Source of the DNA: an uncultured Litorilinea sp.
Lineage (GTDB): Bacteria; Chloroflexota; Anaerolineae; Caldilineales; Caldilineaceae
Assembly (NCBI GenBank): GCA_964655505.1
Contig: CAZZNG010000002.1
Coordinates: forward strand, 1 to 62,640
Direction: 5' to 3'
DNA: 62,640 nucleotides
Part shown: in pieces, positions 7,492 through 17,355 of the stretch
How positions within the stretch are numbered: position 1 is the first letter of the stretch
Layout: the number at the start of each line of letters is the position of its first letter
Notes under the pieces: generated by a model
The model's database searches: none
What the model saw: the letters and a program-made list of their open reading frames with translations, nothing else
What the model was told of the DNA's origin: nothing
Translations under genes and position numbers: made by a program

Positions 7492-9836
7492 ACCCAGACG
7501 TATTTATCCCGCGCCCGGCCCAAGAGCAGATCCTTGCCTATGAAGGCGGCCCCATGGGGATCAGCGCGGTTCCGGGCAGCGGCAAGACCTTTACCCTGAG
7601 CCTGCTGGCGGCGCGCCTGGTTGAACGGCTGGCCGCGCAAGGCGACTTGGTCGACCGCGAAGTGTTGATTGTGACCTGCACCAACAGCGCGGCCGAGAAC
7701 TTCCGCGCGCGCATCGGCCATTTCCTGCACACGGAGCGTGGGCTGCTGCCCGGCGTCGGCTACCGTGTGCGCACGCTGCATGGCCTGGCCCATGACATCG
7801 TGCGTGAACGGCCAGGGCTGGTCAACTTGAGCGAAAATTTTGACATCATCGACGAGCGCACCGCGACCGAGATCCAGCGCGAGTCTGTGATTGGCTACCT
7901 GCGGCGGCATCCCGACCTGTTCGCGCCCTATATCCAGCCCGACTACCTGGCGCGGGCCGGGTCGATTGGCCGCTACATCCAGGATGACGCCATCGAGGTC
8001 GCGCGCAATGTGATCCGCGTGGCAAAGGAGATGCGCCTACAGCCGCATGTGCTGCAGGCGACCCTGCGCCGCCAATCGGGCACTTGGCCCCTGCTTGATC
8101 TGGGGCTGCATGTCTATGCAGACTATCAACGCAGCCTCTTTGTGCGCGGCGCGGTGGACTTCGACGACTTAATCCTCCTGGCGCTGGAGGCACTGGAGGC
8201 CGACCAGGGCTTCCTGGCGCGCCTGCAAGAGCGTTGGCCCTATGTCTTGGAGGACGAAGCGCAGGACAGCAGCCTGCTGCAAGAGCTAATGCTGCGCCGC
8301 TTGACCGAAAGCCACGGCAATTGGGTGCGGGTGGGCGACCCTAACCAGGCCATCAACACCACCTTTACCAGCGCGAACACGCGTTTTCTGCGCCGCTTCA
8401 TGGAGGAATTTCCCGCGGGCGCGCGCGATCTGCCCAACTCCGGGCGCAGTTGCCGGCCCATTATCGACTTGGCAAACCACCTGATCGAGTGGTCACGCGC
8501 AGCCCACCCGATCCTGCGCGATGAGGATGCGCTGACGCCGCCGCTGATCGAGCCGACGCCTTTGGGCGATCCACAGCCCAACCCAGAGCCGGGCGAACCG
8601 GCTTACTATTTCCACAAGACGCCGCTGACGCCTGAACTAGAGGTGGAAATCGTGGTGCGCAGCCTGCTGCGCTGGCTGCCCGAACACCCGGACATGACCG
8701 TGGCGGTGCTTGTGCCTGAAAACCAGCGCGGGTTCCATGTCACTGCCGCGCTGGAGCAGACGGGCCTGGAGTTTGACGACAGCCTGCTGCGCACCGACGT
8801 TGCCACACGCGCCGCGGCCAATGCACTGGCGACGGTGCTCACCTACATCGCGCAGCCGCAATTGAGCCGCGCCTTAGAACGCGTCTGGCGCGAGGTGTGG
8901 TGGCCGCGGCTCGGCGAGGCCCATCTGGCCCATGTTCAAGACCCGACCAGCGTCGAGGGCACGCCGCTGCCCGCGCCTGTGCGGCGCAAGCAGGAAGTAC
9001 CCCAGGCTATCGGACAGTTTGCCCAAGAGCTGCACGGGCTGACAGAGACCGAGCGTTTTCTTTTTCCAACTGCCGACGATTGGCTGGATGAATTAGCGTG
9101 GCTGGAGAGCGCCCCCCTGCTGCGCGCGGTGATCGAGGCGTTCCGGCGCGACTTACAGCGTTGGACGCGCGCCACGGTCTTGCCTATCGACGAACTGGTC
9201 TTGACCGTGGGCAATGACCTCTTTAGCCAACCCGCGGATTTGGCGCTTGCCCATCATCTTGCCCTGCTGCTGGGCAAACTCTCTGCCGAGAATCCGGCTT
9301 GGCGGCTGCCGGAACTGGCAAGCGAGTTGGAGGCCATTGCGCAGAATCGCCGCCGCGGGCTGAACTTCAGCGAAGACGGTGGCGGCTATACGCCCGTGCC
9401 GGGAAAAGTGACGGTTGCCACCATGCACGCGGCCAAGGGGCTGGAGTGGGACCGGGTCTATCTGATGGCAGTCAACAATTACAGCTTTCCCAGCGGCGGC
9501 CCCGACGACTCCTACCGCAGCGAACGCTTCTACGCGCGTGATAATATAAACTTAGTGGCCGAAGCGATTGCCCAGGTGCGCCAGTTGGCGGGTGGCTCGT
9601 TGGATGATTATGTGCAAGGGCAGGCCACTGAAGCCGCGCGGCATGAACTGGCCGCGGAACGGCTGCGACTGCTCTATGTGGCGATCACCCGCGCACGCCG
9701 CGAATTGATCGTCACCTATAATACAGGCCGCCAACACGCGCGCACGCCCAATCCGCCGGCTGTCGCGTTCGAGGCGCTGCGCCGCTATGCCGCGGGCCAA
9801 TCGCCAGTGGGGATCCACAGCAACGGCCGGGCATGA
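7488..9836 (+). CDS. UvrD/Rep-family ATP-dependent DNA helicase
   Basis: 782 aa from ATG 7488, which overlaps the preceding stop as ATGA. Walker A AVPGSGKTF, motif II LEDEAQDS, and C-terminal ATMHAAKGLEWD and LLYVAITRAR motifs. Confidence 0.9.
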   Translation: MNPDVFIPRPAQEQILAYEGGPMGISAVPGSGKTFTLSLLAARLVERLAAQGDLVDREVLIVTCTNSAAENFRARIGHFLHTERGLLPGVGYRVRTLHGLAHDIVRERPGLVNLSENFDIIDERTATEIQRESVIGYLRRHPDLFAPYIQPDYLARAGSIGRYIQDDAIEVARNVIRVAKEMRLQPHVLQATLRRQSGTWPLLDLGLHVYADYQRSLFVRGAVDFDDLILLALEALEADQGFLARLQERWPYVLEDEAQDSSLLQELMLRRLTESHGNWVRVGDPNQAINTTFTSANTRFLRRFMEEFPAGARDLPNSGRSCRPIIDLANHLIEWSRAAHPILRDEDALTPPLIEPTPLGDPQPNPEPGEPAYYFHKTPLTPELEVEIVVRSLLRWLPEHPDMTVAVLVPENQRGFHVTAALEQTGLEFDDSLLRTDVATRAAANALATVLTYIAQPQLSRALERVWREVWWPRLGEAHLAHVQDPTSVEGTPLPAPVRRKQEVPQAIGQFAQELHGLTETERFLFPTADDWLDELAWLESAPLLRAVIEAFRRDLQRWTRATVLPIDELVLTVGNDLFSQPADLALAHHLALLLGKLSAENPAWRLPELASELEAIAQNRRRGLNFSEDGGGYTPVPGKVTVATMHAAKGLEWDRVYLMAVNNYSFPSGGPDDSYRSERFYARDNINLVAEAIAQVRQLAGGSLDDYVQGQATEAARHELAAERLRLLYVAITRARRELIVTYNTGRQHARTPNPPAVAFEALRRYAAGQSPVGIHSNGRA

Positions 9837-9858
9837 GATCGGCAGAGAGTTGAGAGGC

Positions 9859-11754
9859 ATGCAAGATCGTCTGCGCCGGCGGCTCGTCGCCACGCGCGAA
9901 ACAACCACAGAGCAGATCCCCGGCCCCCTGCGCCGCATCATTCGCCGCTTGACGGGTGGCGACGATTGGACGGCGCGGTTCATGCGCGGGCTGCTCTGGC
10001 GCTATCGTGTCTTGAGCGGCTCGGCCCTGCTTGCCAACATCGGCGCGGGCTTGGCCGAAGCCGCGACCATGGCAACGCTTACAGTCGCCTTAAATCTACT
10101 GACCGCGGGCGTTACCGACGCGAACGTGGCTGTGGACGAGACGATTGCGCCCTTGGTCAATTTTCTCACAGCGCGCTTCTCCGGCGGCCAAGTGCTGGCC
10201 CTGCTCTTGAGCATTGGCGTTGTGCTACAGATTGCACGCAGCCTGTTGGACTTTAGCGGCCAGGCAGCGGCCATCTACCTGCGCGCGTGGCTGGAGGCGG
10301 ATCTACAGCGGCAGACGTTCAACCGGCTTGTCACCATGCGCTACCGCGATATCATCGCCAACCGGCTGGGCAATTTGACCAGCTACACCGCGCAGATCGC
10401 CAACGTGGGCAACCTGATCTCCAATATCAACAAAATTCTGGCCGATGTCACCATGATCATCGCCTATGTGGGCGTTCTGTTTTGGCTTTCGTGGCAGATG
10501 ACCTTGATCGCGGCGGTTGGGCTGGGGCTGCTCTTCACCTCCATGCGGCGCATCCGCAGCAGCGTGCGCGAGGCAGGGGCGCGCTTCCTGCGACTCAGCG
10601 TGCGGCTGAATGAGACCATGGTCGAGTATTTGCAGGGGCTGCGGCTGATCCATATCTTTGTGCGCGAAGAGCAGGTCATCAACGAGGTCAATACGCTGAT
10701 CAACGAAGGGGTCGTTGCACGTCGGCGCGGCCTGCTGCGCAGCAGTATGTTGACGCCGATCTTCCAATCGACAACAGTGATTGGCGTGGCGCTCTTTTTG
10801 TTGGTGGGCAGTTGGTTGGCCGCGCAAGGGCACATCGGCTCGGTGGCGGGCTTGGCAACCTATGTGTTCGTCCTCTACCGCATCATGCCGCGCATGGCCT
10901 CGATCAACTTTCACATCGGCCTGGTCATCAACGACTGGCCCAATATGGAGCGGATCGCGGGGTTGCTGCGCGAAGGCGACAGCCCCGCGGAGTATCCCCC
11001 CAACCGCCCGGCGCTCTCGTTCACGCGTGCAATTGAACTGCGCAATATCGATCTGCGCTATCCAGGCAGCGAGAACCTGGCGCTGAAGGATGTTTCTTTC
11101 ACCATTCCCGCGGGCGAGATGGTGGCCTTGGTGGGCGCGAGCGGCGCGGGCAAATCCACCATCTTCAACCTGCTGCTCGGCTTCTATGAACCAAGCGAGG
11201 GGCAGATTCTGGTGGACGGCCACGATCTGCTGCAAAGTGACCTGGCAGCGTGGCGGCGACAGATCGGCGTGGTCGACCAGGAGACGCTCATCTTCAGCAC
11301 CTCTGTGGCCGACAACATCCGCTTTGGCAAGCCCGACGCCACCGAAACAGAGATCATCGCCGCGGCCCAGACGGCCCACGCCCACGACTTCATCATGGCG
11401 CTGCCGCAAGGGTATGCCACCGAGCTAGGTGACCGGGGATATCGGCTGTCTGGCGGCCAACGCCAGCGGCTGGCGATTGCGCGTGCCATCGTCCACCAGC
11501 CCACGCTTCTGCTCTTTGACGAGGCGACCAGCGCGCTGGACAGCCGCTCGGAACGGCTCATTCAGCAGTCGCTGCAATCCTTGCGCCAGGAATGTACGCT
11601 GGTGGTCATCGCGCACCGGCTTTCGACCATTGTCGACGCCGACCGGATCATTGTACTCGACGAGGGCCGCGTGGTGGAACAAGGAACGCATGAGGAGTTG
11701 CTTGCGCTCGGCCAACGCTATGCCGCGCTTTGGCGGCTGCAAGCGAATCGCTAA
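9859..11754 (+). CDS. ABC exporter, fused permease-ATPase (MsbA/PglK type)
   Basis: 631 aa from ATG 9859 (GAGAGG SD). Six-TM exporter domain. Walker A GASGAGKST, signature LSGGQRQR, Walker B LLLFDEATSALD. Confidence 0.9.
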   Translation: MQDRLRRRLVATRETTTEQIPGPLRRIIRRLTGGDDWTARFMRGLLWRYRVLSGSALLANIGAGLAEAATMATLTVALNLLTAGVTDANVAVDETIAPLVNFLTARFSGGQVLALLLSIGVVLQIARSLLDFSGQAAAIYLRAWLEADLQRQTFNRLVTMRYRDIIANRLGNLTSYTAQIANVGNLISNINKILADVTMIIAYVGVLFWLSWQMTLIAAVGLGLLFTSMRRIRSSVREAGARFLRLSVRLNETMVEYLQGLRLIHIFVREEQVINEVNTLINEGVVARRRGLLRSSMLTPIFQSTTVIGVALFLLVGSWLAAQGHIGSVAGLATYVFVLYRIMPRMASINFHIGLVINDWPNMERIAGLLREGDSPAEYPPNRPALSFTRAIELRNIDLRYPGSENLALKDVSFTIPAGEMVALVGASGAGKSTIFNLLLGFYEPSEGQILVDGHDLLQSDLAAWRRQIGVVDQETLIFSTSVADNIRFGKPDATETEIIAAAQTAHAHDFIMALPQGYATELGDRGYRLSGGQRQRLAIARAIVHQPTLLLFDEATSALDSRSERLIQQSLQSLRQECTLVVIAHRLSTIVDADRIIVLDEGRVVEQGTHEELLALGQRYAALWRLQANR

Positions 11755-11829
11755 TCGGTACGACGTGTCACACCGTCCCTACACAAAGACACCTACATAG
11801 GCGCAAAAGGGGAGGCCAAGACGGCACGT

Positions 11830-13023
11830 ATGAGGGTGCTGTTTATTACTCAGGGCACAGATGCTTTTTCCAGCAGCCGGACACGAGTCTATCAATATCT
11901 GCCGCACTTACCGGCGCTGGGCGTTACGGCAGCGGTCTATCCGATTGAACCCACATGGGCACGCTATTTCGATTATCAGCGCTATCGGCTGCGCGGGCTG
12001 GGGCGCAAGGTGTACAGTCGGCTGTACTACCCAGTAGAGCGGCATGTCCTTCGGCGGGTAATCGACCGTCGAATCAGGCACGCAGTCGGGCTAGCCGCAA
12101 AGGCTGACCTGGTCTTTTTGCAAAGGCGAATTCTGCCGCCCGCACGCTACGCGATGCTGCGCCAGAACGCGGCCAGGCTGATCTATGATTTTGACGATGC
12201 CATTCATCTGGGGTCTCCGGAAGCGGTCAACGAGCAGATCCGCATGAGCGATTTGACCATTGCGGCCAATGAGCAGTTGGCGCACCATGCCGAAACGATC
12301 AATCCGCGTGTGGTGGTCATCCCTACGCCGATTGATACGGATCGCTATGTGCCTGTCGACAAGACGGCCCGCAGCCAATCGACGAACCAACCGGCCCCAG
12401 TTGTAATCGGCTGGATTGGTTCGCCGTCCAACACCAAGTACCTACAGGGCATTGCAGAGCCGCTGCGCCAACTCGCCGCCGCGTATGGCGATCGGATCCA
12501 GTTGCGCTATGTGGGCGCTGATCCAGCGGCAGAAGCATTGGCGGGGGCGAGCTTTTACCACTGGAGTTTAGACACCGAGTTGGCCCAATTGGGCAGCTTT
12601 GACATCGGGATCATGCCCCTGCCCGATGGTGACGAATGGGCCGCGGGCAAGGCAGGGTATAAGCTTCTGCAATACATGGCAATGGGTATCCCCTGTGTCG
12701 CCTCGCCGGTGGGGGCCAATAGCCACATCGTTGTGCACGGTCAGAATGGCTTTCTGGCGCGCAACCATGCAGAATGGGTCGACTACCTTAGCCGGTTGAT
12801 TGACGCCGCGGCGCTGCGGCAGACAATGGGCGCAGCAGGCCGGAGAATGGCCGAGCAGCAGTACGCGCATCGCCGCCTTGTCCATGATTTGGTGCACGCT
12901 TGCACGGCTGTGATGGAGCGCCAGCCTCGCCCACGATTGGGCGCACGCTTGCATGGCTGGGGTGGAGCGCCCGCCTTGGCACACCACAGCCGCACAAGCA
13001 TTTTCACCAGGAGCAGCCAGTAA
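11830..13023 (+). CDS. glycosyltransferase, GT-B fold (GT4/GT1-like)
   Basis: 397 aa. C-terminal nucleotide-sugar binding region GYKLLQYMAMGIPCVASPVG..GQNGFL. The 3' end carries a 49-nt-offset duplication (see findings). Confidence 0.8.
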   Translation: MRVLFITQGTDAFSSSRTRVYQYLPHLPALGVTAAVYPIEPTWARYFDYQRYRLRGLGRKVYSRLYYPVERHVLRRVIDRRIRHAVGLAAKADLVFLQRRILPPARYAMLRQNAARLIYDFDDAIHLGSPEAVNEQIRMSDLTIAANEQLAHHAETINPRVVVIPTPIDTDRYVPVDKTARSQSTNQPAPVVIGWIGSPSNTKYLQGIAEPLRQLAAAYGDRIQLRYVGADPAAEALAGASFYHWSLDTELAQLGSFDIGIMPLPDGDEWAAGKAGYKLLQYMAMGIPCVASPVGANSHIVVHGQNGFLARNHAEWVDYLSRLIDAAALRQTMGAAGRRMAEQQYAHRRLVHDLVHACTAVMERQPRPRLGARLHGWGGAPALAHHSRTSIFTRSSQ

Positions 13024-13029
13024 GTACGC

Positions 13030-14271
13030 ATGCACGCGAACAGCAGTCACCCACCAGCGCAGCAAGTACGCATCGCCTACGTTGCCAGCGCACGCGGACA
13101 AAAGACTTATGGCGCGTTTGCCGAGGATCCTTCGCTGGACATCACGGTCTATGACATGGGCATCCGGCGCAGTCGCATCGAAACCATCAAGATTTTTCTA
13201 CGCATCGCCCGCAGCCTCTTCACGCCCCAACGTCCTCACGCAATCGTTTGGGATACCTTTTCGTACCTAGTGCTTGTAACCTATATGCCGCCGGTGCTGT
13301 GGCTGGCACGTCTGCGGCGCACGGTAAACCTGCTGCGTTTGCGCGGGAATCTTGCGCGCGAGGTGGAAACAGAGACGGGTCGAAACGACCAAAGCGAAAC
13401 AAAAAGAAAATTCCTGATATGGCTTCAAAAGTCCATCCTACGCCTCACCATACGGCAAGTGGACTGCCTGCTGCCTGTGTCGCATTTTCTGGGCACTGAA
13501 ACCCTGGCGCACCTTGATCTATTTACCGCTGTTCAGATTGCAGCGCTGCCGACCTATATTGACCTTGACCGCTTCAAGCCCACGTCCTCCACATCCAAAG
13601 GACGAGTGCGACGCCAACTCGAATTAGCTGAGGATGCGCCTATCTTGCTTTCTATCAGCAACTTCGACTATTGGGAGAAGGCCAGCGCCTTGCTCGATTT
13701 CCTACCTGCGTTTGAGCAGTTGTGCGCGCAGCACCCCTCAATACGGTGGCTGATCGGCGGCAGCGGCAAGCATCATGCACGCTTTATGCATGAGCTAGCC
13801 GCCTCGCCTGTGGCGGCACAAGTCACGGTGCTTGGGTGGATTCCTAATGCGGTAGACTATCTACAGGCGTGCGATATGCTGGTACACTTCTCGCAATTGG
13901 AAGGGCTGCCCAACGTCATTCTCGAGGCCGCGGCCTGCGGCAAGGCAGTCATTGCCAATCCCCACCCGACCATGCAGGATTGTGTAGTCGATGGGGAAAC
14001 TGGATTCTTGGTCGATCCGGCGGATGTTGAGCGCACAGTTCATGTGATCAGCAGCTATCTACACGACCCTAACCGCCAAATGCAGATGGGTCAAGCGGCG
14101 CGTGCCTTTGTCACAGAACATTACTCGGCCCAGGCTATCACCCATCGTTTCAGAGCGATCTTGGGCGCACTCGGTGTTGGGAGCGGCAGTGTCAAAACCA
14201 CCGCTGTGACGGGTAGCCCTGTCAAGATCGTAGGGGCAGCAGACCGATATAAGACATCCGTAGACTCATGA
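13030..14271 (+). CDS. glycosyltransferase family 4, tandem paralogue A
   Basis: 413 aa. SQLEGLPNVILEAAACGKAVIAN..GETGFLV motif. Alignable along its length with the next gene. Confidence 0.85.
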   Translation: MHANSSHPPAQQVRIAYVASARGQKTYGAFAEDPSLDITVYDMGIRRSRIETIKIFLRIARSLFTPQRPHAIVWDTFSYLVLVTYMPPVLWLARLRRTVNLLRLRGNLAREVETETGRNDQSETKRKFLIWLQKSILRLTIRQVDCLLPVSHFLGTETLAHLDLFTAVQIAALPTYIDLDRFKPTSSTSKGRVRRQLELAEDAPILLSISNFDYWEKASALLDFLPAFEQLCAQHPSIRWLIGGSGKHHARFMHELAASPVAAQVTVLGWIPNAVDYLQACDMLVHFSQLEGLPNVILEAAACGKAVIANPHPTMQDCVVDGETGFLVDPADVERTVHVISSYLHDPNRQMQMGQAARAFVTEHYSAQAITHRFRAILGALGVGSGSVKTTAVTGSPVKIVGAADRYKTSVDS

Positions 14272-14320
14272 AGGTTAGGAAATTAATTAAGCGTCTCATC
14301 TAGAGCAGAACAAAGCCTCT

Positions 14321-15484
14321 ATGCACTCGATCCGCATTGCCTACGTCACCGCAGCGCGCGGACACAAGACCTATGGCGCGTTTGCCGAGGAGCCTTCGCT
14401 GCACACGACCGTCTATGACGTGGCGCATCGGCGCAGCCGGGCAGAGAATTTCATGCCCTTTTTGCGCATCGCCCGCAGCCTCTTGGCGCGCCAGCGTCCC
14501 CATGCGATCATCTGGGACACCTTTGCCGTCTATACGCTGCCGGTGATGTGGTTGGCGCGCTGGCGGCGAACGCTGAACCTGGTGCGTCTGCGTGGGAACA
14601 CGCTGGCCGCGCTCGATGAGGAGCTGCGCCAAGACGGGGTGAGCAACCAGGAGCAGACTGCGCGGCTCCAACGCAGTATCACCCGCCGCGTCATGCAGCG
14701 CGCCGACTGTCTGCTGCCGGTGGCGGAGCATCTCGCAGCCGAGATGTTGGCGCAGGCAGGGTTAAGCGGGATCCCATATGTGGCCTTGCCGACCTATGTG
14801 GATGTGGATCGCTTTAAGCCGGTTTCGCCCGCCGAGCAAGCAGCGGCGCGCCGCCGGTTGGGGCTGGCAGACGATGCCCCCATCCTGCTCACCTTGACGA
14901 ACTTTGCATATTGGGAGAAGGTTAGGCCGCTGCTCGATTTTCTGCCTGCATTTGAGCAGTTGTGCGCGCAGTATCCCACCATACGGTGGCTGATCGGCGG
15001 CAGAGGCAAACATCGTGCTCGGTTTGTCCAGGAGCTATCCGCTTCGCCGGTGGCAGCGCAGATGACCGCGCTCGATTGGATTGACAACCCGGTGGATTAT
15101 CTGCATGGGTGTGATCTGTTGGTCCACTTCTCCCAGTTGGAAGGGCTGCCCAACGTCATCATCGAAGCCGCGGCCTGCGGCAAGGCTGTCATCGCCAACC
15201 CCTATCCAGGTATGCAGGCATGTGTGGTGGAGGGCGAGACAGGCTTTTTGGTCGATCCCCGCGATGTGACGGCCACTTGCCGCGCCATCCGTGACTATCT
15301 CGACGATAAGGCGCGCCAAGCGCGCATGGGCCAGGCCGCGCGTGCACTGGCCGTCAATCACTTTTCCGCCGCGGCCATTGCCGCCCGCTTCATCGCCATT
15401 TTGGCGGAGATGGGCGTACAGACCGCGGCGGCAGGGCAAAGCCCTCCATCGGTGCAGCACGCCGAAGTTGCCGAGCAGCAGTAG
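14321..15484 (+). CDS. glycosyltransferase family 4, tandem paralogue B
   Basis: 387 aa. SQLEGLPNVIIEAAACGKAVIAN..GETGFLV. The N-terminus IRIAYVTAARGHKTYGAFAEEPSL mirrors VRIAYVASARGQKTYGAFAEDPSL of paralogue A. Confidence 0.85.
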   Translation: MHSIRIAYVTAARGHKTYGAFAEEPSLHTTVYDVAHRRSRAENFMPFLRIARSLLARQRPHAIIWDTFAVYTLPVMWLARWRRTLNLVRLRGNTLAALDEELRQDGVSNQEQTARLQRSITRRVMQRADCLLPVAEHLAAEMLAQAGLSGIPYVALPTYVDVDRFKPVSPAEQAAARRRLGLADDAPILLTLTNFAYWEKVRPLLDFLPAFEQLCAQYPTIRWLIGGRGKHRARFVQELSASPVAAQMTALDWIDNPVDYLHGCDLLVHFSQLEGLPNVIIEAAACGKAVIANPYPGMQACVVEGETGFLVDPRDVTATCRAIRDYLDDKARQARMGQAARALAVNHFSAAAIAARFIAILAEMGVQTAAAGQSPPSVQHAEVAEQQ

Positions 15485-15489
15485 AGCGT

Positions 15490-16383
15490 ATGGACATCAA
15501 GATCAGCGTTGTCATTCCTTGTTACAACCAGGCCCATTTCCTGGCCGATGCCATTGAGAGCGCGCTGGCGCAGGCGCGCGAAGATGTAGAGGTCATTGTG
15601 GTCAACGACGGTTCGCCGGACAACACGGCAGCCGTGGCGCAGCAGTATGGCGACCGCATCGTCTATATCGAGCAGGAGAACCGCGGGCTTTCCGGCGCGC
15701 GCAACAGCGGCATTCGCGCGGCCAGGGGCCGATATATCGCGCTGCTCGACTCGGACGACGAATACTTGCCCGGTGCGCTGGATCGGCTGGCAGCGTACCT
15801 GGATGAGCATCCCGATATTGGGCTGGTCTGCGGCGATGTCATCTTGTTTGACGAGACAGGCGAATTGGGGCTGAAGTCGGCGCGCGACGGCTCGCCGCGC
15901 AACCCACAAAATTTTCGCTGGGAGACGGTCGGCTATTACATCAATTCCAACACGGTCATGGTGCGCCGAGAGGTATTCGATACCATCGGCCTATTCGACG
16001 AGGCGCTCAAGAACGCAGCCGAAGACTGGCTCATGTGGATTCAGATGGCGCGGCGCTACAACATGGCCTACATCGACGCACCGCTTGCTCGCTATCGCCA
16101 GCACCCTGGCAACGCCACACGCCGCATCGAGCAGTTGGCCGCGGGCAATCGGTATGCGGTCAAGAAAATTGTTGAGTCCGACTATTTCGACGAGTACCCG
16201 CCCCACTTCCGCGCCCAACTGCTCTACTATCGTTTTGCCGCGGCCTGGCGGCGCGAGCCGAAACTAACCGCGCTGTGGCTTCTCGGTCGTGCCATTCTGA
16301 CCGATCCGAGCCAGTTGGGCTATTTTGGGTTTGTCATACGCCGCGCTTGGCGGCAACTTTGGCATGTGAAATTGCGTAGGTGA
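15490..16383 (+). CDS. glycosyltransferase family 2, tandem paralogue A
   Basis: 297 aa. GT-A signatures VVIPCYNQ, VNDGSPD and LDSDDE. Confidence 0.9.
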   Translation: MDIKISVVIPCYNQAHFLADAIESALAQAREDVEVIVVNDGSPDNTAAVAQQYGDRIVYIEQENRGLSGARNSGIRAARGRYIALLDSDDEYLPGALDRLAAYLDEHPDIGLVCGDVILFDETGELGLKSARDGSPRNPQNFRWETVGYYINSNTVMVRREVFDTIGLFDEALKNAAEDWLMWIQMARRYNMAYIDAPLARYRQHPGNATRRIEQLAAGNRYAVKKIVESDYFDEYPPHFRAQLLYYRFAAAWRREPKLTALWLLGRAILTDPSQLGYFGFVIRRAWRQLWHVKLRR

Positions 16384-16446
16384 GGCGCGGCCCCCCACCT
16401 TCCGCCTCACGCTCTGCAGCACATGCAGCAGATGTGAGAGGCAGGT

Positions 16447-17355
16447 ATGCAAAAACGAATCAGCGTTGTGATCCCCAGCTATAACGCCGCGCCCTATCTG
16501 GGCGAAGCGATTGAGAGTGTTCTGGCACAGGGGCGCGACGACGTTGAGATCATTGTGGTCAATGACGGCTCGACCGACAACACCGCCGAGGTTGCCCGCA
16601 AGTATGGAGATCGCATCGTCTATATCGAGCAAGACAATCAAGGCGTGGCAGGTGCGCGCAACACCGGCATCCTCGCCGCGCAAGGAGATTATATTGCGCT
16701 GCTCGACGCCGACGATGCCTATTACCCCGGCGCGCTCGACAACATGGCGGGGTATCTCGATCAGCATCCTGACATTGGGCTGGTCTGCGGCGATTTGATG
16801 ATGTTCGACGAGACGGGCGATCTGCACCTGGCCTCTGCAAGCGGCGGCAAGCCCCAAAACCCGGCCAATTTCCGGTGGGAAGTCGCCACCTACAACCTCA
16901 ACAACAGTGCGGTCATGGTGCGGCGTGAAGCTTTTGACAAAGTCGGCCTGTTCGAACCGCGGCTGCGTATCGGCGAAGATTGGATGATGTGGGTGGTCAT
17001 GGCCCGCCGCTACAACATGGCCTATATCGACGCGCCCCTGGCGCGCTATCGTTTGCATGGCAAGAATGTGTCGGCGCGGCAGGCCGAGATGGATGCCAGC
17101 AACCGGCTTGCGTCCAAGCTGGTGGTCGAATCTCCTTATTTTCATGAGTACCCGCCCCACTTCCGCGCCAAGCTGCTCTACTTCCGCTTTGCTACGGCAT
17201 GGCACAGCGAACCCAAACCAAAGGCTTTCTCCTATCTGCTGCGCGCGCTTTGGACTGACCCGCGCCAGATCGGTTACTTGAAGAAGATCCTGCGCGATGC
17301 CTTGCACAACCGCCGGGCCGGTCAATCGGATCATTCAGTGGATCACCATGCATAA
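16447..17355 (+). CDS. glycosyltransferase family 2, tandem paralogue B
   Basis: 302 aa. VVIPSYNA, VNDGSTD and LDADDA. Closely alignable with the preceding GT2. Confidence 0.9.
   Translation: MQKRISVVIPSYNAAPYLGEAIESVLAQGRDDVEIIVVNDGSTDNTAEVARKYGDRIVYIEQDNQGVAGARNTGILAAQGDYIALLDADDAYYPGALDNMAGYLDQHPDIGLVCGDLMMFDETGDLHLASASGGKPQNPANFRWEVATYNLNNSAVMVRREAFDKVGLFEPRLRIGEDWMMWVVMARRYNMAYIDAPLARYRLHGKNVSARQAEMDASNRLASKLVVESPYFHEYPPHFRAKLLYFRFATAWHSEPKPKAFSYLLRALWTDPRQIGYLKKILRDALHNRRAGQSDHSVDHHA

Noticed and set aside
10303-11409. 368-aa minus-strand ORF
   Set aside because: Antisense to the ABC exporter, which carries Walker A, signature and Walker B motifs on the plus strand.
16264-17334. 356-aa minus-strand ORF
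   Set aside because: Antisense to the second GT2 gene, which has the clear VVIPSYN/DADD motifs.
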